NCBI GenBank assembly: GCA_034670305.1
Contig: JAXMNT010000078.1
Span: forward strand, 1-23,702
Source of the DNA: Deltaproteobacteria bacterium
Lineage (GTDB): Bacteria > Myxococcota_A > Polyangia > Polyangiales > Houyiibacteriaceae
DNA: 23,702 nt
Direction: 5' to 3'
Shown here: one piece after another, positions 22,390 through 23,702 of the stretch
Numbering within the stretch: position 1 is the first letter of the stretch
Layout: every line of letters starts with the position of its first letter
Made by a program: the position numbers and the translations under genes
The notes under the pieces: model-generated
Database searches by the model: none
What the model was told of the DNA's origin: nothing
The model's input: the letters and a program-made list of their open reading frames with translations, nothing else

Positions 22390-23481
22390 ATGAACCGCTT
22401 TCTTCTTGCTGCTTGCTCCCTCCTCGCCGTGCTCGCGCTCGGCTGTGGCGACGACGATCGCACCGGACGTCCGGACACGGGCGGTGGCATGTGTACCCCG
22501 ATGTGCACCGCGCCCCAGGTGTGCTGCGGCACCCGATGCGCCAGCGTCATGAACGACTTCATGAACTGCGGCGGATGTGGAATCGCCTGCGCTTCGGGCC
22601 AGTCCTGCACCTCCGGGACCTGCACCGGCATGATCACCGACACCGGCCCGCAGCCGGACGCCCCTGGCGTCGACACCGGCCCCACCGGCATGTGCTCCCC
22701 GAGCTGTTCCTCGATGCAGCGCTGTTGCGGCACCGCGTGCGTGAACCGGTCCTCACCGGCCGGCGCGCTCGAAGGACGCAGCGACTCGAGCTTCGGCCAC
22801 TGCAACGGCTGCGGTCTCGCGTGCGACATGGATCGCGCCAGCCGCTGCGCGTCGCCCCCCGGCGGTGGACCGCCCCAGTGCCTTTGCGGCAACACCAGCC
22901 AGTGCGGCGTCGGCGAAGCCTGCGTCTTGAACGACACCGGCACCTACCTCTGCGCCAACCTCCAGAGCGACCCGAACAACTGCGGCATGCCTGGCACCCG
23001 CTGCAACACCGGTGAGACCTGCACCGCGGGCGTCTGTGGATGCGGCGGCGGCGCTGCCTGTGCGTCCGGCATGGGCTGCTGCGCCGGCGCGTGCGTGGAC
23101 GTGTCCACGAGCGCGGAGAACTGCGGCGAGTGCGGCAACGCCTGCACCGCGCAGTCCCCGACCTGCGAAGCGGGCGCGTGCGTGTGTCCCGGCGCTGGCC
23201 GTGAGTGCACGGCTCCGACCAACGACCCCTTCGGCGGTTCGAGCCTTGGAGAGTCCTGCTGTCCTGGCATGGGCTGCGTCGCGAACGAGGGGGGATCCGA
23301 AGCCTCCCCGAGCACGAGCTGCAACTGCATGGCGTGCTCCGCAGGGGAGCCTTACTGCGCGGTCAGCGGAGGCGCCGGGTTCCCGGGCCTGCCCCCGAGC
23401 CCGGTCGAAACCTGCTGCCACACCGAGGACACATTCCCCCCCTTCGGCGAGAGCTGCAGCGGCGGTGGCGGCTTCCCGTGA
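22390..23481 (+). CDS. Cys-rich repeat lipoprotein (myxobacterial Stig1-like repeats)
   Basis: Lipobox LALGC. Repeated CC.G.C.....D..NCG.CG.AC units (NDFMNCGGCGIAC, SDPNNCG, SAENCGECGNAC). ATG 22390. Confidence 0.85.
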   Translation: MNRFLLAACSLLAVLALGCGDDDRTGRPDTGGGMCTPMCTAPQVCCGTRCASVMNDFMNCGGCGIACASGQSCTSGTCTGMITDTGPQPDAPGVDTGPTGMCSPSCSSMQRCCGTACVNRSSPAGALEGRSDSSFGHCNGCGLACDMDRASRCASPPGGGPPQCLCGNTSQCGVGEACVLNDTGTYLCANLQSDPNNCGMPGTRCNTGETCTAGVCGCGGGAACASGMGCCAGACVDVSTSAENCGECGNACTAQSPTCEAGACVCPGAGRECTAPTNDPFGGSSLGESCCPGMGCVANEGGSEASPSTSCNCMACSAGEPYCAVSGGAGFPGLPPSPVETCCHTEDTFPPFGESCSGGGGFP

Positions 23482-23499
23482 CCCTTTGATCCCCGCGTC

Positions 23500-23536
23500 C
23501 AAAGGCCCCGCCATTCGCGGGGCCTTTGTTCGTTTT
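23500..23536 (+). terminator. Rho-independent terminator
   Basis: CAAAGGCCCCGC-CATTC-GCGGGGCCTTTG followed by TTCGTTTT, 18 nt after the stop codon. Confidence 0.85.
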
Positions 23537-23577
23537 GGGGACAGCAGCCGCCTGCCACACGTCCGCCCGGTCGGTTG

Positions 23578-23658
23578 CTAGCAGGTTGCTGAAGAACGCC
23601 CGCAGGGCGTTCTCGCAGCCTGCCCCTTGCCCCTGCCCTTGCCTTTGCCCTTGCCCGC
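23578..23658 (-). repeat. Composite repeat element copy A3: CTAG, nested hairpin, (CCCTTG)n
   Basis: CTAGCAGGTTGC...AGAACGCCC-GCA-GGGCGTTCT...GCAGCCTGC, then CCCTTG-type hexamers. The reverse complement matches 63-125 at 31/35 (hexamer part) and 15/16 (TTCAGCRACCTGCTAG end). Confidence 0.85.
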
Positions 23659-23661
23659 GGA

Positions 23662-23702
23662 TCAGCGGTCAGATCGCTTGATCAGCGCGACGAGCATCGC
23701 GA
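23662..23702 (-). CDS. 3' end of a truncated gene, possibly a third four-helix-bundle protein
   Basis: The minus strand reads AMLVALIKRSDR-TGA, resembling the termini CAMLYRLSH and CAMLFKLSRN. Only 12 codons are visible. Confidence 0.4.
   Translation of the reverse strand, partial: AMLVALIKRSDR

Noticed and set aside
63-23658. Whole window as one element bounded by inverted copies A1 and A3
   Set aside because: The interior holds housekeeping genes (prmC, thrB, rlpA) and no transposase or integrase, so dispersed repeats are the simpler explanation.

Overview
High-GC window that looks myxobacterial (Polyangiales/Sandaracinaceae-like), inferred from a MYXO-CTERM protein, an AgmX-type domain and Cys-rich lipoproteins. 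It carries about 20 genes: a MATE transporter, a TPR-like membrane protein, a Cys-rich thioredoxin-like lipoprotein, a FadL-OmpA fusion, a ~1160-aa lipoprotein, a DUF2330 protein, rlpA, a tetraheme cytochrome c lipoprotein, a short acyl-CoA dehydrogenase, a cupin, prmC, a FliA/WhiG-type sigma factor, thrB, an AhpD-like/arsS pair and a second Cys-rich lipoprotein. The most interesting content is non-coding and accessory. (i) Two 103-aa four-helix-bundle (IVP/Avd-like) genes 12 kb apart share a conserved, structured 120-140-nt 5' leader and each has a 3' hairpin; a possible third member is cut off at the right edge. (ii) A 'CTAG-hairpin-(CCCTTG)n' element occurs three times. (iii) Four long heterogeneous (GCCGAN)n hexamer arrays are present, one inserted in-frame in a gene. 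(iv) An 11 x 18-bp array is itself built from CAGNNN hexamers. All family names come from motif recognition by eye; no searches were run.
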